Assembly (NCBI GenBank): GCA_018920365.1
Contig: JAHLMM010000001.1
Coordinates: 135,628-199,627 of the forward strand
Direction of reading: 5' to 3'
DNA length: 64,000 bases
Source of the DNA: Candidatus Aenigmatarchaeota archaeon
Lineage (GTDB): Archaea > Aenigmatarchaeota > Aenigmatarchaeia > CG10238-14
The notes below the pieces were generated by a model, which saw nothing but the letters and a program-made list of their open reading frames with translations, did no database searches and was not told the DNA's origin. Within the stretch, counting starts at the first letter, position 1; each line of letters begins with the position of its first letter. Both the position numbers and the translations under genes were made by a program. Below, one piece after another: positions 47,542-58,344 of the stretch.

Positions 47542-48596
47542 TTCTTTTGAATTATATTATCATAAATCTTTATCAAATCATCTATATATTTCTTCCATGT
47601 GAATTTTTTCGCTATTAATCTGTTTTTCTTACCATGTTTCTCGGCTAGCCTTTTATTATTTATGTAGACATTCAAACCATCTTTTAAATCATTTATATCT
47701 TTTGGTTTTATTATAGGGCCGACTTGACCAATGTCAATTGTTGAAACTATTGCACAACCAGAAGCCATCCCTTCAAGTATAGAAAGACCAAACCCTTCTG
47801 CTAAAGATGGCTGACATAAAATAAGTGAAGAATTATATAATTTAATCAGTTCATCTTGATCTAATTTGCCAAGGAATTTAACATTTTTGCTTGCATTTTT
47901 CTTTATTTTATTCAAGTAATCGCCATCGCCCGCTATCCAAAATTCTATGTCATTAAAATACTTTGCAACCTCAATAAAATAGTCTAATCCTTTAATTTTG
48001 GATGTGCTTTTATTCATGTTCATGTTACCTATAAATAAAACTCTATTTTCTCTCTTTAGCTTGATTTGATATTTTTTAAAATCTATTCCAGGATGAATCA
48101 ATTCTATTTTATTTTCTTTTATTCCTAAGCCCAACCCAATTTGTTTTGACAAACTATTTTGAAATATCAGCTTGTCATAATTTCTTGTAAGAAAATATTT
48201 TTCCATTGATTGAAAAACTCTACCAATTATAGGGCCTTTAATATCAATCCAGTTTTCACCAAAAATATGATGTATATAACAGCAAATTGGTATTTTATTT
48301 TTTTTAGCAGCAAAATATGATGGCAAACACATATTACCACTGCTCGTATGAATTAAATCAGCACCTTTTGCTTCTTTCGCTATAATAGGATATGTCAAAT
48401 TCATCAGATATCTGTTTATTGGTATTCTAATTGTTTCAATATTTTCATAATATTTTATTTTTGGATCACCAGAAGTTAATACTTTGACTTCATATCCTTT
48501 CAAAATTAATTCATTTGCTATTCTATATGTTAATTTTTCGCCACCACCAGATACTTCAGGAGGAAAAATTTCATGAGTTATTAGAATTTTCATCAA
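47538..48596 (-). CDS. Glycosyltransferase family 4
   Basis: FPPEVSGGGE, KGLDY, EGFGLSILEGMASG. Confidence 0.9.
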   Translation of the reverse strand: MMKILITHEIFPPEVSGGGEKLTYRIANELILKGYEVKVLTSGDPKIKYYENIETIRIPINRYLMNLTYPIIAKEAKGADLIHTSSGNMCLPSYFAAKKNKIPICCYIHHIFGENWIDIKGPIIGRVFQSMEKYFLTRNYDKLIFQNSLSKQIGLGLGIKENKIELIHPGIDFKKYQIKLKRENRVLFIGNMNMNKSTSKIKGLDYFIEVAKYFNDIEFWIAGDGDYLNKIKKNASKNVKFLGKLDQDELIKLYNSSLILCQPSLAEGFGLSILEGMASGCAIVSTIDIGQVGPIIKPKDINDLKDGLNVYINNKRLAEKHGKKNRLIAKKFTWKKYIDDLIKIYDNIIQKK

Positions 48597-48626
48597 ATTA
48601 TTTTGATTTTTTAAAAAATATAAAAA

Positions 48627-50147
48627 CTATGAAACCTGGTCATTTCCAACAAAATTTTCAATTTCAGGTTTTGCCACACCATCTGGATTTATTTTTCTTT
48701 TTATTATGTATTTTAAATATTCTGTAGCATAAACAACAACTCTAGAAGCTTCTAATGGATGTAAATTTTTTACAATGGTTTGAGCTATGTGTTTTGGGTT
48801 TAGATAAAAGCTAAGCATTAGTTTATCTCTCAATTTATCTATTTCTTCAGCTTTCAACCATGGGTAGCTTACTAAACACCTTAGTCTGCCATTACTATCC
48901 AACCATTGACCCCAATCTTCTGTTACCAAGTACCCATTCTTTTTTGCCCATTCATAAAATTCAGTTCCAGGAAAAGGCACGGCTTGTTGAAAGAAAGCCA
49001 TGTCAGGGTTCATATCTTTTGCTAGCTTTAATGTATCCATTATGCTATCCTTTGTATCTCCAGACAACCCTATCATAAAACATCCAAATATGCGTAAACC
49101 AGCTCTTTTGGCATCAACAGTAAATCTTCTAGCCTCTCTTACAGTAGCACCCTTTCTTATGTTGCTTAAAACTTGATCATTTCCAGATTCATACCCAACT
49201 ATAACAATTCTGCATCCAGCATCTTTCATCGCTTTTAATGTTTCGTATTTTGTTTGTACCCTGACATTACACGACCAAACAAAACCAGCATCGTCCAACC
49301 CCCTTTCTTTTATTTCTTTGCAAATATCAAGAACTCTTTGTTGATTTATTGTAAATGTATCATCTTCAAAAAATATTTCTTTTACAGCTGGTAAATTTTC
49401 ATGAATATATTCCATTTCATCTACAACATTTTTTGGCGATCTCATTCTGAACAAATGCATTGTAAAGGATTGTGGGTATTGACAAAAATTACATCTTGCA
49501 GGGCAACCTCTTGATGTCCATGTTTGCAACATAGGATATCTTGCCAAAGCATATCTATAATCAAAAACATTTAGAAATTTTTTGTAAGCTATTGAAACAA
49601 ATGGTATAGAGTCCAAATCGCTTACTAAAGGTCTTGGTGGTGTATTGAAAATGCCTTTATTGTTTCTATATGTTATGCCAGGAACATTTTCAACTTTTCC
49701 ATCATTTTCCAATCTATCGGCTAAATCTCTAACAGTATAATCATATTCACCTCTTAAAATGAAATCAATTGATTTAGACATTTTTATTAACTCAAAAGGC
49801 ATGGATGATGCCAAAGTTCCAGACATGGCAATTTTTACATCTTTGCCTAATTCTGATTTCACAAATTCTGCAAATTTTACGTCTGTGTGTGCAGTTGGTG
49901 TAGATGTTTCTATTACAACCATGTCAGGGTTAAATTTTTTTGTCTTTTTTATAGTTTCATCAAAGCTTAGTCTTTTTGCTATAGCATCAACTAAAAATGG
50001 TTTATGATTGCTTTGCTTCATCAAAACAGCTGTTGCATACGCAAGCCAAAAAGGATAATATAAAGTTCCGGATTTTGTGTATTCAGGCCACCTGCTGTCT
50101 TTACTTATTTTTACCTTAAAAGGTGAGTTTATTAGCATTACTCGCAT
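48627..50147 (-). CDS. B12-binding radical SAM protein (HpnJ-like)
   Basis: YYPFWLAY, RGEYD, SRGCPARCNFC, FEDDTF, GYESG, PFPGT. Confidence 0.88.
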   Translation of the reverse strand: MRVMLINSPFKVKISKDSRWPEYTKSGTLYYPFWLAYATAVLMKQSNHKPFLVDAIAKRLSFDETIKKTKKFNPDMVVIETSTPTAHTDVKFAEFVKSELGKDVKIAMSGTLASSMPFELIKMSKSIDFILRGEYDYTVRDLADRLENDGKVENVPGITYRNNKGIFNTPPRPLVSDLDSIPFVSIAYKKFLNVFDYRYALARYPMLQTWTSRGCPARCNFCQYPQSFTMHLFRMRSPKNVVDEMEYIHENLPAVKEIFFEDDTFTINQQRVLDICKEIKERGLDDAGFVWSCNVRVQTKYETLKAMKDAGCRIVIVGYESGNDQVLSNIRKGATVREARRFTVDAKRAGLRIFGCFMIGLSGDTKDSIMDTLKLAKDMNPDMAFFQQAVPFPGTEFYEWAKKNGYLVTEDWGQWLDSNGRLRCLVSYPWLKAEEIDKLRDKLMLSFYLNPKHIAQTIVKNLHPLEASRVVVYATEYLKYIIKRKINPDGVAKPEIENFVGNDQVS

Positions 50148-50264
50148 TATAACACCATTATATAATTTGGATAGTATTGCTTAAATTTTTATCATAAGCA
50201 ACTTATTAATAAACAAGTTTTTATCTTTAAATAATATCTAATAAAAAATATTTGAAATGATTTT

Positions 50265-51944
50265 ATGTCTAAAGAAAAAAAAGATAAAGAAGTAGAATTT
50301 GAAATCAAAAATCCTGAAATAGTTGTTTTATCCTTTGCATTAGTGTTGTTTTTCATTTTACAGTTGAGAGTGACTTTGAATAATCCTATAGCTTTTGGTG
50401 ATGAAGGCTACCATGGCATGCTCCAAAGATATATTGGGATAAGTTTGGATTATCCAAAATGGCATCCTTATTATAGCAACCCAACTGGTGAAGGTGGTGT
50501 TTCAGATAATCCTCTGTGGCATTTGCTTGGTGCAAGTTTGTTTATGATATTCAAGTCTGATATTGTGATCAAAATTTTACCTCCATTTATAGGAACAATA
50601 TGTGTTGGTTTTGCGTCATATTTCCTTGGGAAGAAATTGTTTAACAACAGAACAATTGCTTTTGTTACAGCGATTTTGACAGTTACAATACCTTCTGTTG
50701 TGACATATTCAGTATTGAATTACAAAGATGCAATGATGACATTTTATTTCACTTTGTTTGTATTATCTTTCATTCTTTCATTAAAATCTAAAGAAAAAAA
50801 ATATGTTTTGCTTACAGGCATTTTTGGCGGACTTTTAATATTAGGAAAAACATCTGGCTATGTTATGGTTCCAGGAGTATTTGCTTTATTTTTATTGCAT
50901 GAAATCTTTTCTAATAAGAAAATTTCAGAATCTTTCAAAGTATTTTTACCAATATTTGTTTTGATTGTAATAATAACTTCTGGATTTTTTATAAGAAATC
51001 TGGTTCTTTATAAAACTCCTATATGCTCAGCATTTGTACCATTCTTTACACAAGAGAAATGCAGTTTAACAAAAATAAAATACACAGAGAAATTTTCTTT
51101 TGAAGGTAGAACTGTCCAAGTTGGAACAGAAATGACGCCGTTTAAAATAGGTTTAAACAATTATCTAGATTTTGCATATGGTGTAATTTGGTTTATTCCT
51201 TTACTATTTGTTTTGGGAATATTCAATTTCATTTATTTAAAGTCAAAAGAAAGAGTTCTGCTTTTATTAATATTCGTTTCCTTCATCCCGATATACTATA
51301 TTGCATTTACATCGAGATCAGAAGACACAGCGAGATGGTTATTACCATTAGCTCCAATTGTTTCAGTCATCGCCGCTGCTTATGGTGAAAATATATACAA
51401 TTTTATTGAAAAGAATCTCAAAGCTATATCCATCATATTTTTTGTTTTTATAATTTTCATGTCTTACCTTAATTTTAATCAAAAATTGAAAACAATGGAT
51501 CAGGTTAAAAAGTTTTCTCCAGCATTTTTGCAAGCTTGTGAATGGGTTAAAAAAAATACAGCAAAAGACGCTAGGTTCGGCGCTATTATTTACATGCCTG
51601 CAGCTGGGTACAATTGCGACAGAAATATAGCGGCGGGAGGACCTGACGTTGTTTTAAGTCAAAACAAAACTCTTGCTTTGTCGGTACTAAAGATGCAAGA
51701 TGCAGATTATTTGTTTATTCAGAAAGCGTTAATAGCATGGGATGACGCTAAATTAAGTGAAAGACATCCAATAAGTTTTGTTAGATTTTTAGAGACAAAC
51801 CCAGACGCCTTTGTCAAAGTTTATGAAACTGGTTCAAATATAGATATATGCTATCAACAAGGCGGTTGCGATGGTATAATTATATACAAAATAAATTATG
51901 AAAATCAGACAATAATTCCGGTGGAAAAATTAGTTTCAGGATAA
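50265..51944 (+). CDS. GT-C fold membrane glycosyltransferase (ArnT/PMT-like)
   Basis: GDEGYH luminal loop, PLWH, multiple TM, RWLLP, C-terminal soluble domain. Confidence 0.75.
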   Translation: MSKEKKDKEVEFEIKNPEIVVLSFALVLFFILQLRVTLNNPIAFGDEGYHGMLQRYIGISLDYPKWHPYYSNPTGEGGVSDNPLWHLLGASLFMIFKSDIVIKILPPFIGTICVGFASYFLGKKLFNNRTIAFVTAILTVTIPSVVTYSVLNYKDAMMTFYFTLFVLSFILSLKSKEKKYVLLTGIFGGLLILGKTSGYVMVPGVFALFLLHEIFSNKKISESFKVFLPIFVLIVIITSGFFIRNLVLYKTPICSAFVPFFTQEKCSLTKIKYTEKFSFEGRTVQVGTEMTPFKIGLNNYLDFAYGVIWFIPLLFVLGIFNFIYLKSKERVLLLLIFVSFIPIYYIAFTSRSEDTARWLLPLAPIVSVIAAAYGENIYNFIEKNLKAISIIFFVFIIFMSYLNFNQKLKTMDQVKKFSPAFLQACEWVKKNTAKDARFGAIIYMPAAGYNCDRNIAAGGPDVVLSQNKTLALSVLKMQDADYLFIQKALIAWDDAKLSERHPISFVRFLETNPDAFVKVYETGSNIDICYQQGGCDGIIIYKINYENQTIIPVEKLVSG

Positions 51945-52060
51945 AGCAATTTTATAGAAAATTTCTTTATAATGAAAATTAATCCCAAATAATTGAAAAT
52001 AATATAAATTAAACAGTAAAAATGTTGATAAAATGAATATGTCAATAAAAATAATATTTT

Positions 52061-53254
52061 TTAATCATTTAATACATTTCTATATAAATTTTTGATTTTT
52101 TTGTAAAATATTTCATCTGAAAATTTTTTAGAAGTTTCTATTGAATTTTTTGAAAATTTTAGAAGCAAATCTTTATCACTTAATAATGTTTCCATTTTTT
52201 CAGCCAATGATTTAACATTAAAAACATCAACCAGAAACCCATTCTCATTATTTGATACATATTCGCTTATACCGCCGACATCGAATGCAATAACTGGTCT
52301 GCCATAAGACATTGCTTCTAGTCCTGTCAATCCAAATGGTTCTTGCCAAACTGATGGTAAAACAATAAAATCAACATCTTCATATAAATTTTGCAATGTG
52401 CTTTTATCGACAAAACCAAGAAATTTTATACGTTGCGATAAACCATAATTTTTTGCAAGATTTTCTAATTTTTTTCTTTCAGGACCATCACCAACTATCA
52501 AAAGTTTTGCATTTTTGTTTTTTAAATTACTGAAAGCTTCTATTAAATAATTCACACCCTTTTCTTTTGAAAGCCTTCCAGCATAAAGAATGTTTGCAGT
52601 ATATTTTAACTTTGGAATATTTTTTGGCAAATATATGCTTTGGTATATCACTCTCGAGTCAATTTTTGATTGATCTAAAGCTTTTTTAATTGTTTCGCAA
52701 ATAGAAACGTTTATAGTTTTTCTAAAAATGGACAATTCAAAATTTTTTATTATTGTATTATAGTATAGTACTGTCAGCAAACTGGGATTGACGTTTCTTC
52801 TATCACATTTTAAACAGTTGAAAATACCCATTTCTTTATCACAAAACTTTGACCATTTTGTTTTGCTGCTGTCGGGACATAAATGTTCGTAATCATTGAA
52901 TGTTTTTATTGTCGGTATTTTATTTTTCAGACACGCTAAAATAGGACTTGAAGATATCAAGCTTGTATTGTAAAAATGAGCTATATCAGGTTTTTCCATT
53001 TCAATTATTTTTTTTGTTATTTTGTATGAATTATAGTTGAATATTCTGTTTAAAGGAGACATAAATCTGTTTTGCTGCACATAGCTTTTTACATAGTAAA
53101 TCTTTATTCCATTTATGTTGAGATTTTTTTTGGATTCTACTGTAATTACAATCAATTCATGACCTTCTTTCTTTAAAAAATTTAATAATTTGAAAAACAT
53201 TGTTTCAGTACCGCCAACATTATAAAAAAATTGATTTGATAGTAATATTTTCAT
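52061..53254 (-). CDS. Glycosyltransferase family 4
   Basis: GGTE, GRLSKEKG, EPFGLTGLEAMSYG. Confidence 0.9.
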   Translation of the reverse strand: MKILLSNQFFYNVGGTETMFFKLLNFLKKEGHELIVITVESKKNLNINGIKIYYVKSYVQQNRFMSPLNRIFNYNSYKITKKIIEMEKPDIAHFYNTSLISSSPILACLKNKIPTIKTFNDYEHLCPDSSKTKWSKFCDKEMGIFNCLKCDRRNVNPSLLTVLYYNTIIKNFELSIFRKTINVSICETIKKALDQSKIDSRVIYQSIYLPKNIPKLKYTANILYAGRLSKEKGVNYLIEAFSNLKNKNAKLLIVGDGPERKKLENLAKNYGLSQRIKFLGFVDKSTLQNLYEDVDFIVLPSVWQEPFGLTGLEAMSYGRPVIAFDVGGISEYVSNNENGFLVDVFNVKSLAEKMETLLSDKDLLLKFSKNSIETSKKFSDEIFYKKIKNLYRNVLND

Positions 53255-54315
53255 ATGAAATCTACCATCAATTCGTAAAATTTATTACCAAAAACTTTAA
53301 TTGACATATGTTCTAATACAGTTTTTCTAGCATCTTTATTTATTTTTTCATCAGAGTTTATCATTTCACTGAATTTTGTTTGAAAATCTGAAAAATCTTT
53401 TTTAACTAAAAACCCATTTTCACCATTTTTTATTAGTTCACTTGCACCGCAAAATTCAGGCACTATAACTTTTCTTTCGCAACTCATCGCTTCAAACGGA
53501 ACTATGCCGAAATGCTCTTCCCAATTTGTAAATATATAACATTTGCAATTTTGATAGTAATTTCTTAATTCAAAATCTGTCACATTTGTTTTAAATTCAA
53601 CAAAAGGGAATTTTTTTCTTAAAAAATTATAATATTCAAAGTCGTTTATTTGGCCGCATAATACAACTTTTTCATTTTTCAAATACTTTAGTGCAAGTTC
53701 AAATTTTTTAAATTTTCTTATTCTGCCACTCAAAAGGACAAAATCTTCTGAAGGATTTTTTTTGGGTTTGAAAAAATCAGTATCTACAGGCGGTCTTATT
53801 ACAACTGGATCTAAATTGTAAAATTTTTTAACTAAATTTTTGATGTAAATTGAATTGCACGCATATTTAATCATCTTTTTTGAAGGAATTCTATCAAAAA
53901 AATCTTTTATTGCATAGTAGATATTTTGTGGAAATTTTGCATCAGGTTTTAGGAATTTCATTGTCTGCGGAAAGTGGAAATAAAATATTTTAACTTTTTT
54001 GTTTATTTTTGCATGAAAAAGTGATGACCCCATTGTGTCTACAAGCATATCAGTTTTGCTGTAATTGAATAGAAATGGATATATCCAGTGCTTGTAAAGT
54101 TCAAAACTGCTAGTATTCATAAATTTTGATTTTATTTTAGAAAGAACTATTTTTGGTTGATTATCTTTAAATATTTCTGGATAAGCAAGTTCTTTTTGAT
54201 CAGAAAATATTGATACATCAAAACCTTTTTTCATTAGATAATCGGCAAGATAGCAGCATATTCTTTCACCACCGCCTTTGCATCTCTGATAAGGATGGAT
54301 TATGCCGATTTTCAT
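53251..54315 (-). CDS. Glycosyltransferase family 4 (Alg11/Alg2-like motifs)
   Basis: HPY...GGGER, YFHFP, NS, PPVD, EEHFGIVPFEAM. Confidence 0.88.
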   Translation of the reverse strand: MKIGIIHPYQRCKGGGERICCYLADYLMKKGFDVSIFSDQKELAYPEIFKDNQPKIVLSKIKSKFMNTSSFELYKHWIYPFLFNYSKTDMLVDTMGSSLFHAKINKKVKIFYFHFPQTMKFLKPDAKFPQNIYYAIKDFFDRIPSKKMIKYACNSIYIKNLVKKFYNLDPVVIRPPVDTDFFKPKKNPSEDFVLLSGRIRKFKKFELALKYLKNEKVVLCGQINDFEYYNFLRKKFPFVEFKTNVTDFELRNYYQNCKCYIFTNWEEHFGIVPFEAMSCERKVIVPEFCGASELIKNGENGFLVKKDFSDFQTKFSEMINSDEKINKDARKTVLEHMSIKVFGNKFYELMVDFI

Positions 54316-54354
54316 TAAAAATATAGTATAAATTAATTTTAAATAATAATGTAA

Positions 54355-55086
54355 TCATCTTTTTGCATTTATGATACCGTTTTTATAAAAAACATCAAAA
54401 TCATTTTTCTCAAGGAATTTTATCATATCAAGATGATTTTTACTTCCGATATCATGAATTTCCATGCTGATCTTTTCAATCTTATCAATTATATTCTTTG
54501 GCGCTTTGAGCAAAACATCATACTCACATCCTTCACAATCAATTTTCATAAAATTGCATTTTTCAATTTTTTCAATTTTGAAAATTTCTTCCAAAGTTAT
54601 ACAGTTTACAGTTTCATATTTTTTGCTTTTATCAAAATAGGAATGGCCACCTGTATTATTTTCATTCAAAAATATTTTCAGCTTTTTTTGATTGCACACC
54701 GCAAGATTATATGCTTTTATGTTTTTTTTGTTGTTGATTCTAATGTTTTCATTTAATAGATTAAAATTTTCTTTTATAGGTTCAAAGCAAATTATCTTGT
54801 TTCTAGTGAATGTGGATGCATAAAGTGAAAAAACTCCTATGTGACCTCCTATATCTATTACAGTGTCACCATCTTTAATTTCAAAACCATTTGGATTATA
54901 AGCTTTGTCAAAAAATATTTCCAATATAATTCCTTTATCTGCCGTCTCTCTTCTTGTTTTTATTTTTACTCCTTGTCTTGTGTCAAAAATGCTATAAATA
55001 TTTTTTGAAAATTTTTCTGTAAAATACAATGGCCAATTTTTGAAAACAAAAATTGATTTAATTATTCTTTTGATTCTTTTCATCAT
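54355..55086 (-). CDS. FkbM family methyltransferase
   Basis: VIDIGGHIGVFS, FEP, MKIDCEGCEY, MEIH. Confidence 0.9.
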   Translation of the reverse strand: MMKRIKRIIKSIFVFKNWPLYFTEKFSKNIYSIFDTRQGVKIKTRRETADKGIILEIFFDKAYNPNGFEIKDGDTVIDIGGHIGVFSLYASTFTRNKIICFEPIKENFNLLNENIRINNKKNIKAYNLAVCNQKKLKIFLNENNTGGHSYFDKSKKYETVNCITLEEIFKIEKIEKCNFMKIDCEGCEYDVLLKAPKNIIDKIEKISMEIHDIGSKNHLDMIKFLEKNDFDVFYKNGIINAKR

Positions 55087-55118
55087 TGAAATAATTATAT
55101 GAATGATGATTATATAAA

Positions 55119-56048
55119 TCAAACACCAAAATTAAAATCTCTTTTAATCAAAATATCCAAGATGCCGATTAAAACAATCACCATGTATATAGCATCATAA
55201 AATGGAGTTAGCCAAGCAATCTTCCATTTTGTTATTTTGAAAATTTGGTAACTTCTCCAAAATTCAAGAGATAAAAATAATATTATACCGATGAAGCCAA
55301 AAATTGAAAATATGTTTTTTGCAAATAGGAAAATTATATATAGAGGCAATAATCCATTAACTAGTATAAATACTGAATTTCTTAAAGCTTTTTGAAATTC
55401 TTTTTTTGAAAAAAGCATCAATGTGGATTTAGCTGTCCATCTGCATTGCCTGTAAATTTTTTTAATATTTGTTGGCTCTTTATGATAAAATATAGCCTTT
55501 CTATTTCTAACTATTTTATATTTTTCTGAAACCCTTTTAGCAAATTCCCAATCATCATACATTCCAAATTTAGGATCAATGTAACCAACCTCTTGTATTA
55601 TTTTTTTTCTAACTGCACCCAAAGGAACTAGTGACGAGGTTTCATATCCTAGCTTTTTTTTTAAATACGATAATTTAGCAATTATATTTTTGTTGTTCCA
55701 CAAAAGCTCAAGACCTGTGACACCGCCTACATTTTTATCATTGAAAGGTTTTGTTATTTCTTTAATATAGTTTTTGTCTAAAACTTGATCGGCATCTACA
55801 AATAATATTATTTCACCCTTGGATTTTTTTATTCCCAAATTTCTAGCCGCACCTACACCCTTATGCTGACCTTTTATGATTTTTACATCATAATTTTTAG
55901 CTATTTTAGCTGTTCTATCTGTAGACTTGTCATCTATTACAATGGTTTCAATGTTTTCTTTTGGATAATTTTGTTTTTTTATCGAGTCCAGAACATCTTT
56001 TATGTCACTTTCCTCGTTATAGGCAGGAATTATTATTGATACTAACAT
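55119..56048 (-). CDS. Glycosyltransferase family 2
   Basis: IIPAYNEE, DDKSTD, ARNLG, FVDAD. Confidence 0.9.
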   Translation of the reverse strand: MLVSIIIPAYNEESDIKDVLDSIKKQNYPKENIETIVIDDKSTDRTAKIAKNYDVKIIKGQHKGVGAARNLGIKKSKGEIILFVDADQVLDKNYIKEITKPFNDKNVGGVTGLELLWNNKNIIAKLSYLKKKLGYETSSLVPLGAVRKKIIQEVGYIDPKFGMYDDWEFAKRVSEKYKIVRNRKAIFYHKEPTNIKKIYRQCRWTAKSTLMLFSKKEFQKALRNSVFILVNGLLPLYIIFLFAKNIFSIFGFIGIILFLSLEFWRSYQIFKITKWKIAWLTPFYDAIYMVIVLIGILDILIKRDFNFGV

Positions 56049-56086
56049 TGATTAAATATTAAACTATAAAAATAAAACTATATTTC

Positions 56087-56806
56087 GTGTCTCATGCTAT
56101 ATCGATTGTGATGCCTGCATTTAACGAGGCTAAAAACATAGAAAAGGCTATTTTAGATTTCAAGAATATACCAGAAGTGACAGAAATAATAGTTGTTGAT
56201 AACAATTCAACTGACGGTACTGCTGAAATTGCTGAAAGAACAGGCGCAAAAGTCGTAAAAGAACCCCGTCAAGGCTATGGGTATGCTTGCAGAAGAGGTT
56301 TAAGTGAAGCGACCGGTGACATTATATTTTTGGTTGAGTCAGATCAAACCTTTTTTGCAAAGGATATATATAAATTTCTACCTTATTTGGATGATTTTGA
56401 TATGGTTTTAGGAACTAGAACATGCAAACAACTTGTAAAACCGGGTGCAAAAATGGGATGGTTTTTAAGACTGGGAAACATATTTCTTGCAAAAATGATA
56501 GAGTTGCTTTTCTATGAACATGAAGTCAGACTGACAGATGTTGGTTGCACCTACAGGGCAATAAAATCAAGAGCTTTGAAAAAAATAATAAAAAAGTTTG
56601 AAGTTGGTGGAAACCATTTTTCTCCAGAAATGATAGTAGAAGCAATGTGCAACAATTTAAAAATAGTAGAAATACCTGTTCATTACGGAAAGAGAAAGGG
56701 TGAATCAAAAATAACTTCAAATTTTAGAAAATCTTTTATTCTTGGACTTAAAATGATTTCATTAATTCTCAGAAAAAGGATGAAATATGCTTTCAGAAAA
56801 AAATAA
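56087..56806 (+). CDS. Dolichol-phosphate glycosyltransferase (Dpm1-like GT2)
   Basis: MPAFNEA, VDNNSTDGT, QGYG, GTR, TDVGCTYRA, EIPVHYGKRKGESK. Confidence 0.85.
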   Translation: MSHAISIVMPAFNEAKNIEKAILDFKNIPEVTEIIVVDNNSTDGTAEIAERTGAKVVKEPRQGYGYACRRGLSEATGDIIFLVESDQTFFAKDIYKFLPYLDDFDMVLGTRTCKQLVKPGAKMGWFLRLGNIFLAKMIELLFYEHEVRLTDVGCTYRAIKSRALKKIIKKFEVGGNHFSPEMIVEAMCNNLKIVEIPVHYGKRKGESKITSNFRKSFILGLKMISLILRKRMKYAFRKK

Positions 56807-58343
56807 ACACATACTTCTATTGATTTTAATATTAGTTTTAGGATCAATTTTAAGATTACAAAACCTGAATAAAGACTATCAAAGGGACGAGAGCCGCTTT
56901 TTAGAAGCAGTGATAAATTTTAATAATAAAGGAACATTGACATACAACGAAAAATCAATTGGCGAAAATCTAATTACTGTTTTTGATCATCACCCACCAT
57001 TATATATAATTTATCTTTCAAATATCGTAAAAATTTTCGGAACAAACATAGTTATAGTAAGATTTTTTACCGTTATATTTTCCATATTTTCCATAGTTTT
57101 TGTATATTTGATTGGTAGTTCTTATGGAAAAAAAGAAATAGGTCTTTTAGCAGCTTTCTTAATTTCAATAAATAGAATTCACGTTGAATATTCACAACAA
57201 ATAGATATAGATGGATCATTTCTAACATTTTTAATTTTAGCATCATCTTACTTTTTTATAAGATGGTTAGACAAAAAAGAAAAAAAATACTATTTTTTAA
57301 CAGCAATTTTTACAACATTGTCATTATTAACAAAAATAACATCAATAGCCTGGTTTGTTTCTTTGATCGTTTTTTTAATATATAAGAAAAAACAAAAAGA
57401 AGGATTCAATTTTGCAATTTTAGTCTTTGCTTTAACTTTTACATCTCTTTTGATATTTGGAATTTATCACAATATAAATTATTTTTATTCAGTAATTAAT
57501 CATATTTTCAAAAATGTGTCAGAAAAAACCCAAACAAACATTTTATGGAAAATTTACGAGTTTTTTGGAATAATAACATGGGAGTTTACACCATCAGTTT
57601 TATTGATATTTGCTTTATCTTCATTATATTTTGTCAAAAAAAGCATTGATCATAATTTTATCTTCATTTTTCTTTATGGGTTGCCGCATATAGCAATTTT
57701 GGGTATAACTAGATATTTTGTCCCAATAATACCTTTTATAATAATAATTTCTAGTGTATATCTAAATAAAAACATTAATTTTAAAAGAAAAAAATCACAG
57801 ATATTTGCTTTATGCTTGTTATTATTTTCAATTTTATATTTTCTAAAAATTAGGACAGATGTAGTTTTTTTAAAAGACATTAGAAATAATATTGTTTTTA
57901 TATCAATACCTTATATGTTGACATTACTTTCATTTGTTTTATTGAAATTCAAAAAAGATTTGTTTTTTGTATACATTTTGGCATTGATAATATCTTTAAA
58001 CATATATTTTTCTATAGAGGCAGTAAACCCAATATTTACGCCAAGATTCTATAAATCTATAGAAATATCGTCTGATTTGATAAAGAGTATAGAAAATAAC
58101 ACGCCAATAATAACTTCGCATGATATTTCTTTCAAATGCGGAATAAAATTTTACGAGTCTGATATATATTTAAGATATTCAAACTTTACTGAATTTTACA
58201 ATAAAAACAAAAATTTTTATGTTATTGACTACAGAACAAATTCATTTTTGGAAGATAAGACTAGAGAATTTTTAGATAACAAATGCTATCGATATTCATA
58301 CAAAGATAAAAATGTAGAAATATTAATCATATACAAGTGTTAA
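56787..58343 (+). CDS. GT-C fold membrane glycosyltransferase (ArnT/PMT-like)
   Basis: LRL...RDE, HHPPLY, multi-TM, RYFVP. Confidence 0.8.
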   Translation: MLSEKNKHILLLILILVLGSILRLQNLNKDYQRDESRFLEAVINFNNKGTLTYNEKSIGENLITVFDHHPPLYIIYLSNIVKIFGTNIVIVRFFTVIFSIFSIVFVYLIGSSYGKKEIGLLAAFLISINRIHVEYSQQIDIDGSFLTFLILASSYFFIRWLDKKEKKYYFLTAIFTTLSLLTKITSIAWFVSLIVFLIYKKKQKEGFNFAILVFALTFTSLLIFGIYHNINYFYSVINHIFKNVSEKTQTNILWKIYEFFGIITWEFTPSVLLIFALSSLYFVKKSIDHNFIFIFLYGLPHIAILGITRYFVPIIPFIIIISSVYLNKNINFKRKKSQIFALCLLLFSILYFLKIRTDVVFLKDIRNNIVFISIPYMLTLLSFVLLKFKKDLFFVYILALIISLNIYFSIEAVNPIFTPRFYKSIEISSDLIKSIENNTPIITSHDISFKCGIKFYESDIYLRYSNFTEFYNKNKNFYVIDYRTNSFLEDKTREFLDNKCYRYSYKDKNVEILIIYKC

Positions 58344-58344
58344 T

